Positions 37,651-47,007 of a stretch of DNA of 64,000 bases are shown here, piece by piece. The position numbers were made by a program, and so were the translations under genes. The DNA comes from Patescibacteria group bacterium (GTDB taxonomy: Bacteria; Patescibacteriota; Minisyncoccia; JAHIHE01; JAGLIN01): the NCBI GenBank assembly GCA_041670805.1, contig JBAXYM010000001.1:29612-93611 (forward strand), read 5' to 3'. Below the pieces are notes generated by a model. It was not told where the DNA came from. It was given only the letters and a program-made list of their open reading frames with translations, and ran no database searches. Each line of letters begins with the position of its first letter. The first letter of the stretch is position 1.

Positions 37651-39006
37651 TTGCTTGCGATAAAAAATGATGAAGCAAAAACTGAGAAACGCTTGTCCGC
37701 CCAGAAGCGCCCAAGCGATACCCGGCGTGCCGTATAAAGGAGCCAGAACATAAAGAAGCCCTACGGTGGCGACGCAATAAATAATATGAATAAGGATGTA
37801 TTCTTTCATCTGATGCTTGATTTTCATAATGGTAGAACCGATCAAGGCAATCGCCAGAAAGATGCCGGTTAGCGACATTATCTGCAACAGCTGATAGCTG
37901 TTAGTCGAATATTCTTTCCCAAAGATAAGGAGGATATATTTTCCGAAAACAAACACAGCCAGAATTGCGGGAACAAGAAGTTCTATGATGAGCTTTATCG
38001 CTTTTTTTACGAAAATGGCAAAATCTTTCTCCTGAAAAGAGCCTTCCGCAAAAAGTGATTGCGTGATAGCTTGCGGAATGATATAGATAAGCGCGATGAT
38101 AGTGGAGGCGATGTTGAAATATGCTGCGTCTTTCTCGCCTATTTCATTGAAAATAAAAATGGGAACAAGAAATCCCGGAAGGCTGGCAACAATACCCGCA
38201 CTGTAGCTTGCCATAGAGAAATGGGATGCCTGCCTGACGAAATCACGTTCAATGACCGGTTGCAGACGATAATCGAATTTACGCGCCATAAAAAAGACGC
38301 TGAGAAAAAGCGAAACGATAACGGCACCGGTATAAGAAAAGAAAATTCCATAGGCGCCCAGAGAGATCAGAAAAAGAGGCAGAGCGATTTTGGTAAGTCC
38401 GAAAAAAGTATAGACAATAAGGTTGTATTTAGCGAGACGGTAGGCGACAAAGACGCTATCAGTCAAAGAATTAAGGGAGACGACCACCATAAAAATAACG
38501 AAAAGTATCGCATAAAGAGGATTTTCAACGAGCATATGATATTTGGGGGTAAAATAATCAATGCCCAAAAGATATATGACGGAAGCTGCCGCCGTAGTAA
38601 TGGCTACCACCGTCATCGCGGTGTTTATAACCTGATTGGCGTTGCGTGATTGCGCAAGGTAACGAACCAAAGCCGAATTGAGTCCGAATAAACTCCAACT
38701 GGAAATAACCACGGTAACGGAGATGAGGGTAGTGGCGAAACCTATCTCGTCGGAATTGTAAAAATGCGTGGTAATAACCCAAAAAATAAATCCGAAACCT
38801 GCCATTACACCGGTGGAAAGCATAATATAAACGGAATTGCGAAAAAGGCTGTCACTTGAAAAAAGCGACCAAAGCTCCTTCGCCATTTGAACCGGACTCA
38901 AATTTTTGCCTTTTATTTTCATATAAAATGTTAGCGTATAAAAACCGAACTTCTGCTGTAATAATAGTCGATATTCATCTTTTTGCCAATCTTTTTTGGA
39001 GAACAC
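37627..39006 (-). CDS. oligosaccharide flippase (Wzx/MOP superfamily)
   Basis: 459 aa, about 12 TM, polysaccharide-biosynthesis-protein-like. Confidence 0.7.
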   Translation of the reverse strand: MFSKKDWQKDEYRLLLQQKFGFYTLTFYMKIKGKNLSPVQMAKELWSLFSSDSLFRNSVYIMLSTGVMAGFGFIFWVITTHFYNSDEIGFATTLISVTVVISSWSLFGLNSALVRYLAQSRNANQVINTAMTVVAITTAAASVIYLLGIDYFTPKYHMLVENPLYAILFVIFMVVVSLNSLTDSVFVAYRLAKYNLIVYTFFGLTKIALPLFLISLGAYGIFFSYTGAVIVSLFLSVFFMARKFDYRLQPVIERDFVRQASHFSMASYSAGIVASLPGFLVPIFIFNEIGEKDAAYFNIASTIIALIYIIPQAITQSLFAEGSFQEKDFAIFVKKAIKLIIELLVPAILAVFVFGKYILLIFGKEYSTNSYQLLQIMSLTGIFLAIALIGSTIMKIKHQMKEYILIHIIYCVATVGLLYVLAPLYGTPGIAWALLGGQAFLSFCFIIFYRKQLKRAFVG

Positions 39007-39034
39007 GAAAATTTTTCCCCGTCCGTCGTCTGAT

Positions 39035-39260
39035 CGTTAAGGATAAAATCAATCTTTATTTGTCATTCCGGAATTTCGGTACTCCGAAATATCCGGAATC
39101 CCGTAACTATGCAAGGCAAGTACTATCTGATGTATTTTGAATTTATGGATTTCGGTTCACACCAGAAATGGTGTGAACCACGCGGGACAGAACGTTCTTA
39201 CGTAGCATTCCACATCATTTCTGGTGTGGTCCGGATGCAAAGCTGTATTTCTGATTGATT
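39035..39260. repeat. composite repeat: family A (A4) + linker + family B (B3)
   Basis: Same architecture as 25295-25512. Confidence 0.9.
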
Positions 39261-39348
39261 CGGGTACTTCAGGTACTTCACTTGACAAATCATATAAAAG
39301 TGATAAAATAATCGGTTACGCTAAATTTAATCAAATTAAGCCATTTTT

Positions 39349-40272
39349 ATGACAAAATCCTTAATAACTGGTGGTGCGGGATTTGTTGGCTCGCACTTGG
39401 CCGATCGACTTTTGGCGGACGGAGACGAGGTGGCGGTGATTGACAATCTCTCCTCCGGCAACAGGGAAAATCTAGATAGCAGAGTCGGATTTTATGAGAT
39501 GGACATTCAGGATCCGAAGATAGTGGAAATCTTCGCAAAAGAAAAGCCTGATTTCGTGTTCCATTTGGCAGCTCAGATAGACGTGCGCAAATCAGTCGAG
39601 AACCCGATTGAAGATGCAAAGATAAATCTGCTGGGAACGTTCAACGTGCTGGACAGTGCCACCAAGAACGGCGCGAAGAAAGTCATTTTCGCTTCTTCCG
39701 GCGGTGCCGTCTACGGTGACACGGATATTTTTCCGACACCGGAGATTCGCTGCGAACAGCCTCTTTCTCCTTACGGCATCCATAAGCTGGCGGCGGAAAA
39801 AACCCTTTTCTTTTACAAAAAAGTGAAAGGATTGGATTATACCATTTTGCGCATGTCCAACATTTACGGTCCGCGGCAGAGCGTAAAAGGAGAAGCGGGG
39901 GTAATCGCGATTTTTATCAACAAAATGCTAAAAGGGGAGCAGCCATATATAACCGGAGACGGTAATCAGACAAGAGACTATGTCTTCGTCAAAGACGTGA
40001 CACAGGCGCTTGCCCTCGCCAAGAATGCAACCAAGTCCGATAAATTCAATATCGGCACCGGAGTTGAAACCAGCGTTAATGAGATTTTCGAAAGACTTGC
40101 CATGGACATGAATCTTGATATAACAAAAATGTATCAAGATGCCAAACCCGGCGAACAAATGCGAAGCTGTCTGGAAGCCGCGAGAGCGAAATCCGAACTT
40201 GGCTGGCTGCCGGAATATAACATTGATCGCGGAGTTCGGGAGACCGTACAATGGTTCAAGGATAACGAATAA
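39349..40272 (+). CDS. NAD-dependent epimerase/dehydratase (GalE/UDP-sugar epimerase-like SDR)
   Basis: 'ITGGAGFVGSHL' and 'YGIHKLAAE' (YxxxK). Confidence 0.85.
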   Translation: MTKSLITGGAGFVGSHLADRLLADGDEVAVIDNLSSGNRENLDSRVGFYEMDIQDPKIVEIFAKEKPDFVFHLAAQIDVRKSVENPIEDAKINLLGTFNVLDSATKNGAKKVIFASSGGAVYGDTDIFPTPEIRCEQPLSPYGIHKLAAEKTLFFYKKVKGLDYTILRMSNIYGPRQSVKGEAGVIAIFINKMLKGEQPYITGDGNQTRDYVFVKDVTQALALAKNATKSDKFNIGTGVETSVNEIFERLAMDMNLDITKMYQDAKPGEQMRSCLEAARAKSELGWLPEYNIDRGVRETVQWFKDNE

Positions 40273-40302
40273 TTTTTCATAATCATAATAAGCGAAAGTC
40301 GT

Positions 40303-41601
40303 ATGAAAATAAAAAACGTACAGCTAAGAGAAGAAGGGCAATTCGTCTCTCTAACGGCAGATTGTAAGATCAGGCATATCGGCACGGATCGGATATATTT
40401 TAAATTTGAAAAAAAGTACCGAAATTTTATCGCAACCGATGCCAGCCCCTTTGCCGCAGCACTGTTTATCCCTTCTATGAAAATGGGGCAGGATCTTATT
40501 ATTGAAGGCAGTATATCGCAAAAATTGCAAGATGGAATGCAGGAAATTATGAAAAAGATGATATCTTGGAATCTGGGATTGAAGCCGATTTCCATCGTCG
40601 CCTCGGAAGTCAAACCGGATGAGACGACGACGGGCGACGATGCATCTTTCTTTTCGGGAGGAGTGGACTCTTTTTATACCTATCTCAAGCGCAAAGATCA
40701 GACGGAAAAAATCGATTATTTGATTTTGGCCAATGGATTTGACATTAGTCTGAATAATCCCGACCTTTGGAGACAAACCTGCAAGACAGTGGATGAGATT
40801 GTCCGGAATGAGGATGTGGAAGTCATTAAAGTTGAAAGCAATATACGAGAACTCATAGAGCCGGTGATGGTGTGGGAGTATACCCATGGCGGGTGTCTGG
40901 CGGCGCTGGGGCTTGCTCTGCGCAATAATCTTAAAAATGTTTATATTCCGTCATCTCTTGCCATCGGACAGCTTATGCCTTACGGTTCGCATCCCGACTT
41001 GGATCCGCTTTGGAGCACGGAAGGTTTGTCCTTTATCCATGATGACGCGGAAGTCAAAAGAATTGACAAGGTAAAATATATCGCCCAAATCCCGCTTGCG
41101 CTCAAGCATTTGCGCGTCTGCTACATCAACGCCCAAGGCAAATTCAATTGTGGTGTCTGTGACAAGTGTCTGCGCACGATGATGAGCTTGCGCATTGCCG
41201 GTAAGTTGGAAGAGGCGGAAACTTTTCCGCATAGCATCGACTTGGAGCTTATCAAAAAAATAACCGTGAGCGAAAAGCAGAACGCCGTCATGCATGAAGA
41301 AAATTTGGAAGAGTTGGAAAGACTGGGCATTGATCCGGAATTGCAGAAAGCTATCCGTAATGTACTGAAAGATTTTTATTTCCCCAGATTCAGTTTAAAG
41401 AAAGCGGCTAAAAAGATGCGCCACTTCATCATAGAAGCTCTCAATCAAATTATGCTGATAGACTTCTTTTATAACCAAAGCAGGCTGCACAAGAAGAAGG
41501 TGCGCTGGCAAAAGAAATCGCAAAAGACTATCCAAAATATTTCGAGATACCTAAAGGCGGAGAGAAACAAAGGGAATATCTTTTTAAAAAGAATGCTTTG
41601 A
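40303..41601 (+). CDS. PP-loop ATP pyrophosphatase superfamily protein (QueC/ExsB-like; possibly a sugar amidotransferase) with N-terminal extension
   Basis: PP-loop 'SGGVDS'. C-terminal Cys cluster 'CYINAQGKFNCGVCDKCLR' resembles the QueC zinc site. Confidence 0.45.
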   Translation: MKIKNVQLREEGQFVSLTADCKIRHIGTDRIYFKFEKKYRNFIATDASPFAAALFIPSMKMGQDLIIEGSISQKLQDGMQEIMKKMISWNLGLKPISIVASEVKPDETTTGDDASFFSGGVDSFYTYLKRKDQTEKIDYLILANGFDISLNNPDLWRQTCKTVDEIVRNEDVEVIKVESNIRELIEPVMVWEYTHGGCLAALGLALRNNLKNVYIPSSLAIGQLMPYGSHPDLDPLWSTEGLSFIHDDAEVKRIDKVKYIAQIPLALKHLRVCYINAQGKFNCGVCDKCLRTMMSLRIAGKLEEAETFPHSIDLELIKKITVSEKQNAVMHEENLEELERLGIDPELQKAIRNVLKDFYFPRFSLKKAAKKMRHFIIEALNQIMLIDFFYNQSRLHKKKVRWQKKSQKTIQNISRYLKAERNKGNIFLKRML

Positions 41602-41688
41602 AACGGAAGAAACAGCTTTAATATAAAGCTGTTCTTGCTGTTATCGGATTAATAGTATATCCTGTAAATATAAGTATAAAAACATAGA

Positions 41689-42408
41689 ATGGAATATCCG
41701 ATACGCATCAATAAATATCTGGCAGAAAAAGGGGTTTGCAGCCGCCGAGAGGGGGACAAGCTGGTTGAAGAAGGCAAGGTGACGGTGAATGGCAAAAAGG
41801 TCAAACTGGGCGAGATGGTCAACGAAAACGATAAAGTGGACGTGGTAAGCGACCTGAAAGAACTTGTTTATATCGCTTACAACAAGCCTGCCGGCATCGT
41901 AACCAATTGTCCGCAAAAAGGCGAAAAGGAGATCAAGGACATTTTGAATCTCGATTTTGAATATTTTCCCGTGGGAAGACTCGATAAACATTCACGCGGA
42001 CTTCTTCTGCTTTCCAATGACGGCCGCATAACCGACCGGCTTTTGAATCCGCGCAATTATCACGAGAAAGAATACGAAGTCGAAGTCAATCGCGAATTGC
42101 AAGAAAACGATCTGCGCCAACTCCGTCAAGGCATCACGCTGGACGGCGGCTTCATCACAAAACCTTGCGAGATCAAAGTGATTAACGACCGCGTATTTTC
42201 AATTATCCTCACCGAAGGCAAGAACCGCCAAATCCGCCGCATGTGCCTTGCGCTCGGATATGAGGTGATAGATTTAAATCGAGTGCGCATAATGAACATT
42301 CGTTTGGAAAATATGCCGGAGGGACATTACAAGAAACTGTCGGGAGAGGCCTTGGAGGAATTATTGGAGGAGTTGGGATTAAGTAGCGACAGAAATCAAG
42401 AATCGTAA
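41689..42408 (+). CDS. pseudouridine synthase, RsuA/RluB family
   Basis: S4 domain 'RINKYLAEKGVCSRREGDKLV' and catalytic 'VGRLDKHSRGLLLLSNDG'. Confidence 0.85.
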   Translation: MEYPIRINKYLAEKGVCSRREGDKLVEEGKVTVNGKKVKLGEMVNENDKVDVVSDLKELVYIAYNKPAGIVTNCPQKGEKEIKDILNLDFEYFPVGRLDKHSRGLLLLSNDGRITDRLLNPRNYHEKEYEVEVNRELQENDLRQLRQGITLDGGFITKPCEIKVINDRVFSIILTEGKNRQIRRMCLALGYEVIDLNRVRIMNIRLENMPEGHYKKLSGEALEELLEELGLSSDRNQES

Positions 42409-42433
42409 CCAAATTCTATTATATTCAAATATT

Positions 42434-42718
42434 TTGGGAAAAATAAACAAATACCATCAATCAATCGAAGCTGAAATCGACCTTCATCAGATGACCAAAG
42501 ATGAGGCGCGGCAAGAGGTCGATGCTTTTTTGGAAGAAGCGGAAGCTTTGGGATACAAAAAAATCCGGATCATTACCGGCAAAGGATTGCATTCTGAAAG
42601 CGGATTGGGGGTTTTGAGCGCTTGCATTAAAGAAATACTGAACGGGAGAGGATACAAATATTGTAATGCCAAATATAACGAAGGCGGCGAAGGAGCGATT
42701 GATGTCTCGCTGGGGTAA
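42434..42718 (+). CDS. Smr domain protein
   Basis: 'IDLHQMTKDEARQEVDAFL...IRIITGKGLHS'. Confidence 0.7.
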   Translation: MGKINKYHQSIEAEIDLHQMTKDEARQEVDAFLEEAEALGYKKIRIITGKGLHSESGLGVLSACIKEILNGRGYKYCNAKYNEGGEGAIDVSLG

Positions 42719-42742
42719 AAGGTCGCGGACATTCCGATGTTT

Positions 42743-42890
42743 GTATTTTTGAATTATGAATTATGGCTTATACGGATCACACCAGAAATGGTGTGAACAA
42801 TGCGGGATAAAACGTTCTTGCGTAGCATTTCACACCATTTCTGGTGTGATCCGGAAACAAGACTATATCTCTGATTAACACGAATATATA
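42743..42890. repeat. family-B twin-hairpin repeat (copy B4, solo)
   Basis: 'gtatttttgaattatg...cacaccagaaatggtgtgaa...tcacaccatttctggtgtg...tctctgattaaca'. Confidence 0.85.
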
Positions 42891-42970
42891 AATTTACAAA
42901 GAATTGATTTTACCCGCCGTTTGCTATATCATAAAATTCAAAGTCAATATAATTTTTTAAAATATAAGAA

Positions 42971-43711
42971 ATGAATACTCTAGGTTGGATACTGATTAGC
43001 ACTTTTTCAGTGAGTCTTATTTCCTTTGTCGGAGTTCTCACTTTGTTTATGAAGGAGACGTTCCTGCAAAGGATAACTCTGCCTCTTGTTTCGATGTCTG
43101 CCGGAGCGCTTTTGGGGGGCGCGTTGCTGGACATGATACCGGAGGCGGTGGAGGTTATAGGAAATACGGAAGTGCTTTGGATTTGGGTGCTGATCGGCTT
43201 TGCGATGTTCTTTTTGCTTGAGCAATTCATTCATTGGCATCATTGTCACAAGTCTCCCAGCGAGCACAAAAAAGAGCCTGTCACTTATCTCGTTTTGGCT
43301 GCGGACGGACTGCATAATTTTATAGACGGGCTTGCCATCGCCGGTTCTTTTTTGGTAAGTACTCACGTGGGGATAGTAGCTTGGTTTGCCTGTACCGCCC
43401 ATGAAATTCCGCAGGAATTCGGAGATTTTGGAGTCCTGATCCACGGCGGCTGGAAAAAAAGCAAGGCTCTTTGGTTTAATTTCTTCTCGGGACTTACGAT
43501 GGTCCTGGGCGGTATTATCGCATATTATTTTTCCGCCAGCTATGATGTCAGTTTTCTATTGCCCTTCGCCGCAGGAAATTTCATCTACATCGCCGCCTCC
43601 GATCTCATTCCCGAAGTGAAGCACTCGGAGAAAATCAAAACCAATCTTATTCATTTTGCATCTTTTCTTCTGGGGATAACGATTATTTACATAGTCGGAA
43701 TGTTTGAATAG
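42971..43711 (+). CDS. ZIP family metal (zinc) transporter
   Basis: 'HNFIDGLAIAGSF' and 'HEIPQEFGDFGVL'. Confidence 0.85.
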   Translation: MNTLGWILISTFSVSLISFVGVLTLFMKETFLQRITLPLVSMSAGALLGGALLDMIPEAVEVIGNTEVLWIWVLIGFAMFFLLEQFIHWHHCHKSPSEHKKEPVTYLVLAADGLHNFIDGLAIAGSFLVSTHVGIVAWFACTAHEIPQEFGDFGVLIHGGWKKSKALWFNFFSGLTMVLGGIIAYYFSASYDVSFLLPFAAGNFIYIAASDLIPEVKHSEKIKTNLIHFASFLLGITIIYIVGMFE

Positions 43712-43714
43712 TTT

Positions 43715-44010
43715 TATTTTTAGAACTTACGCGTTTAGCTTGTTGTTGTGAGAAGTCACACTTGTTAAAAGAAACAATCAATATTTGTCGAAAGATAAAA
43801 TCAATTTTTATTTGTCATTCCAGAATTTCGGTACTCCGAAATATCCGGAATCCCGTAACTATGCAAGGCAAGCATTGTATTTCATTTCCACCGGCTTAGC
43901 AACGGGATCCCAGATATTTGCTGCGCAAATTCCGGGATGACAGCTTTTAGTCGGCACAGCTTCGTGCATTTCCCAGATCTCTCAGTCGAGTACTCCTTCG
44001 AGATGACAAA
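43715..44010. repeat. composite repeat: family G + A (A5) + A' + F
   Basis: Shares G and F modules with 32480-32700 and A/A' modules with 11521-11720. Confidence 0.85.
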
Positions 44011-44110
44011 AAATAGGGTTAGTCAAGCTCCGGTATCGGGATTGCCGCGTCGCCCGGAATACCGGCTTCTCGCAATGACAAACAGTATCAATCGCGTAAG
44101 TCCTAATTTT

Positions 44111-45442
44111 ATGAAAAAAGAAAAAGTCGATTTAATTTTATATGGCGGCACGGTTCTTACTGTCGACCGGGAAGACCGCGCCATTGAGGATGGCGCAGTC
44201 GCAGTTGCGGATGGCAAGATAGCGGCAATCGGTTCCGCGCGAGAAATCGCCGGCAGTTTTTTTGCGCCTGAAAAAATTGACGCCAAAGGAGATATTATTA
44301 TGCCGGGACTGATAAATACCCACACGCATTTGGCGATGAGCATTTTTCGCGGTGTTGCCGACGATGCGATATTGGGCGAGTGGCTGAGTGAATATATTTT
44401 TCCGCTGGAGGATAAATTCGTAAATAAAGATTCCGCCTATTGGGGGAGTCTGCTTGCTTGCGCGGAAATGATTCTTTCCGGCACCACCGCTTTTTGTGAT
44501 ATGTATTTTTTCGAAAAAGAAACCGGACGGGCGGCGGAAAAAATCGGCATGCGCGGCGTCATCGGCGAAGGGATTGCCACCGTGGCAAATAAGGATAAAG
44601 AAATTTGGAAAAAGAAAAGGACGCTTTCCTTGGAACTTATGAAGAAATTTAAAAATTCAAATTTAATTTCCGTAGGAATTAAACCGCACAGCCCATATGC
44701 CTGCACTCCCCATGTATTGAAAGAAGCCAAGGGATTTGCCGAAGAAAATAATCTTCTTTATGTTATCCATCTCGCAGAAACCAAAAAAGAATATACGGAT
44801 TTTATGAAAAATAAGAAAATGACGCCGGTGCAATATCTGGATTGGTTGGGAGTTTTGAACGAGAATACTTTAACCGCCCACGCCGTCTGGATGGGCAAAA
44901 ACGATTTCGAGATTTTGCGAGATAGGCGGGTGAAAATTTCCCACTGTCCGCAAAGCAATATGAAACTGGGTTCGGGCATCGCGCCGATTGCGAAAATGCT
45001 GAGAAATAATATTACCGTGAGTCTCGGAACTGACGGCGCGGCAAGCAATAATGCGCTGGATATGTTTTGCGAAATGAAAAACGCGGCGCTCCTGGCAAAA
45101 GTGGCCGCTTTGGATGCAAGCGCTCTTTCCGCCAAAGAGACAGTCCGCATGGCAACGATTGAGGGAGCCAAAGCTCTTGGCAAAGAAGACGAGATCGGCA
45201 GTCTGGAAACGGGCAAAAAGGCCGATATAATCATCATAAATAAAAACCGGCCGCACCTCACGCCGATTTACGATTATTATTCCCATCTGGCCTATTGCGC
45301 AATCGGTTCTGATATCAGCGATAGCATAATCGATGGAAAAGTAGTTATGCGCAAGAGAAAAATCCAAAATATTGATATCGATGAGGTCATGGAAAAGATA
45401 AATACGATTTCATCGTACGTGAAGAAAACTATAAAAGTATAA
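44111..45442 (+). CDS. amidohydrolase, 5-methylthioadenosine/SAH deaminase (MtaD)/chlorohydrolase-like
   Basis: 'MPGLINTHTHLAMS' metal-binding motif. Start placed at ATG 44111 ('MKKEKVDLILYGG'), because the track ORF begins inside the repeat. Confidence 0.8.
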   Translation: MKKEKVDLILYGGTVLTVDREDRAIEDGAVAVADGKIAAIGSAREIAGSFFAPEKIDAKGDIIMPGLINTHTHLAMSIFRGVADDAILGEWLSEYIFPLEDKFVNKDSAYWGSLLACAEMILSGTTAFCDMYFFEKETGRAAEKIGMRGVIGEGIATVANKDKEIWKKKRTLSLELMKKFKNSNLISVGIKPHSPYACTPHVLKEAKGFAEENNLLYVIHLAETKKEYTDFMKNKKMTPVQYLDWLGVLNENTLTAHAVWMGKNDFEILRDRRVKISHCPQSNMKLGSGIAPIAKMLRNNITVSLGTDGAASNNALDMFCEMKNAALLAKVAALDASALSAKETVRMATIEGAKALGKEDEIGSLETGKKADIIIINKNRPHLTPIYDYYSHLAYCAIGSDISDSIIDGKVVMRKRKIQNIDIDEVMEKINTISSYVKKTIKV

Positions 45443-45454
45443 TTTGTCGGTCGC

Positions 45455-45685
45455 CTATTTTTGCTTTCGGACCACACCAGAAATGGTGTGAAATGCTACG
45501 CAAAAACGTTTTATCCCGCGTGGTTCACACCATTTCTGGTGTGATCCGAAATCCATAATTCATAATGCAAAATACGCCCGTAAAAATGAAATACAATGAT
45601 TGTCTTGCATAGCTACGGGATTCCGGATATTTCGGAGTACCGAAATTCCGGAATGACAAATAAAAATTGATTTCACCTTCTGAGC
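45455..45685. repeat. composite repeat: family B (B5, reverse) + linker + family A (A7, reverse)
   Basis: Mirror image of the 25295-25512 architecture. Confidence 0.9.
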
Positions 45686-45734
45686 ACAAGCCTTTACAAA
45701 CTTTTTTTATTATACTATATTAAATAGGTATTTC

Positions 45735-45816
45735 GGGTAGGTTCCGGAGCGGTCAAACGGGACTGGCTGTAAACCAGTTGGCTCTGCCTTCGGGGGTTCG
45801 AATCCCTCCCTGCCCA
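45735..45816 (+). tRNA. tRNA-Tyr (anticodon GUA), type II with long variable arm
   Basis: Collinear with E. coli tRNA-Tyr; anticodon stem-loop actgg-ctgtaaa-ccagt; acceptor gggtagg/cctgccc. Confidence 0.85.
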
Positions 45817-45879
45817 CACAATGTAGAAAAATCATATTCGTATATGATTTTTTTAGCGAACCAAAACACACTCTATGGC

Positions 45880-46038
45880 GAGAGGGATGAGAAGTTTATA
45901 CCCGGATGGGTAAATCCCTCCCTGCCCACCAAGGATTAACATTATGCAACGAATAGTTCCAACTGCAAAGCTTATGTGATTTTAAGCAAGAGGGATGAGA
46001 AGTTTATACCCGGATGGGTAAATCCCTCCCTGCCCACA
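45880..46038 (+). repeat. two tandem partial copies of the tRNA-Tyr 3' end (T-arm/acceptor-like, about 50 bp each)
   Basis: 'gagggatgagaagtttatacccggatgggtaaatccctccctgcccac' occurs twice (45880-45930 and 45990-46038). The palindrome aaaaatcatat-tcR-tatatgattttt follows the tRNA and follows the second copy. Confidence 0.7.
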
Positions 46039-46097
46039 CAGTATAAAAAATCATATTCATATATGATTTTTTAGTAAGCTAAACGCCTCCTTTGCAT

Positions 46098-46180
46098 TCG
46101 GACCACACCAGAAATGGTGTGAATGTTACGCAAGAACGTTCTGTTCCGCGTGGTTCACATCATTTCTGATGTGGTCCACA
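46098..46180. repeat. family-B twin-hairpin repeat (copy B6, reverse)
   Basis: 'cacaccagaaatggtgtgaatgttacgcaagaacgttctgttccgcgtggttcacatcatttctgatgtg'. Confidence 0.8.
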
Positions 46181-46223
46181 TTTTTATTTGCCTAAAAAAC
46201 ATTATTATATTATCATAATAGAG

Positions 46224-46252
46224 TTGACGTTCGCTTTGTTCAGACGTTTAAT
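46224..46252 (+). promoter_or_regulatory. promoter candidate (TTGACG, 17 nt spacer, TTTAAT) giving a near-leaderless uppS transcript
   Basis: Hexamers 15-40 nt upstream of ATG 46267. Confidence 0.35.
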
Positions 46253-46266
46253 TGATCATAAAAATA

Positions 46267-46983
46267 ATGACAAATATAGCCAATATGCCCATACATGTAG
46301 CGATAATTCCGGACGGAAATCGCAGATGGGCGCAAAAAAATACCCTTGCCGCGTGGAGAGGGCACGAAAAAGGATCAGAGCTTTTGGAAAATCTAATAGA
46401 AGTATTCAGGGAGATGGAAATTCCTTACTTTTCTTTTTGGGGTTCGTCGCAGGATAACATAGCAAAAAGACCCAAAGAGGAAGTTGACCATCTGCTTGAG
46501 ATATTCAAAAAGGAATTCAAAAAACTCGCAACAAGCAGAGAGGTGCATGATAATGAAGTAAAAGTGAATATTTTCGGTTCATGGAAAGAGCAGTTTCCGG
46601 AAGATGTGAAAGCTTCAATGGAGGACGCCATCGAAAAAACCAAAAATTACGATAAGTATTTTTTCAATTTTTTCATAGCGTATAGCGGCATAGGCGAGGT
46701 GCTGTATGCCACCGGTCGCATCGCCGAGATGAAAAAACAAAATCCGAGCCTGACGATAGACGGAGAACTTTTTAAAAGTCAACTTCTTACTAAGGATTTG
46801 CCGCCGGTTGATCTTTTGATACGAACCGGGGGAGAACCGCACAATAGCGACGGTTTTATGATGTGGGATGTCGCCAATGCTCAACTGGTTTTTTCCGACA
46901 AGCTTTTTCCGGATTTTACTAAAGAGGATTTGAGGGAAGCGATTTTGGAGTACGCACGTCGCGAAAGAAGGCTGGGAAAATAA
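46267..46983 (+). CDS. uppS: isoprenyl transferase (undecaprenyl-diphosphate synthase family)
   Basis: 'HVAIIPDGNRRWA'. The track start at 46252 is a TTG; ATG 46267 is preferred. Confidence 0.8.
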   Translation: MTNIANMPIHVAIIPDGNRRWAQKNTLAAWRGHEKGSELLENLIEVFREMEIPYFSFWGSSQDNIAKRPKEEVDHLLEIFKKEFKKLATSREVHDNEVKVNIFGSWKEQFPEDVKASMEDAIEKTKNYDKYFFNFFIAYSGIGEVLYATGRIAEMKKQNPSLTIDGELFKSQLLTKDLPPVDLLIRTGGEPHNSDGFMMWDVANAQLVFSDKLFPDFTKEDLREAILEYARRERRLGK

Positions 46984-47007
46984 TTCTCACACTTTAATTG
47001 CAAAATT

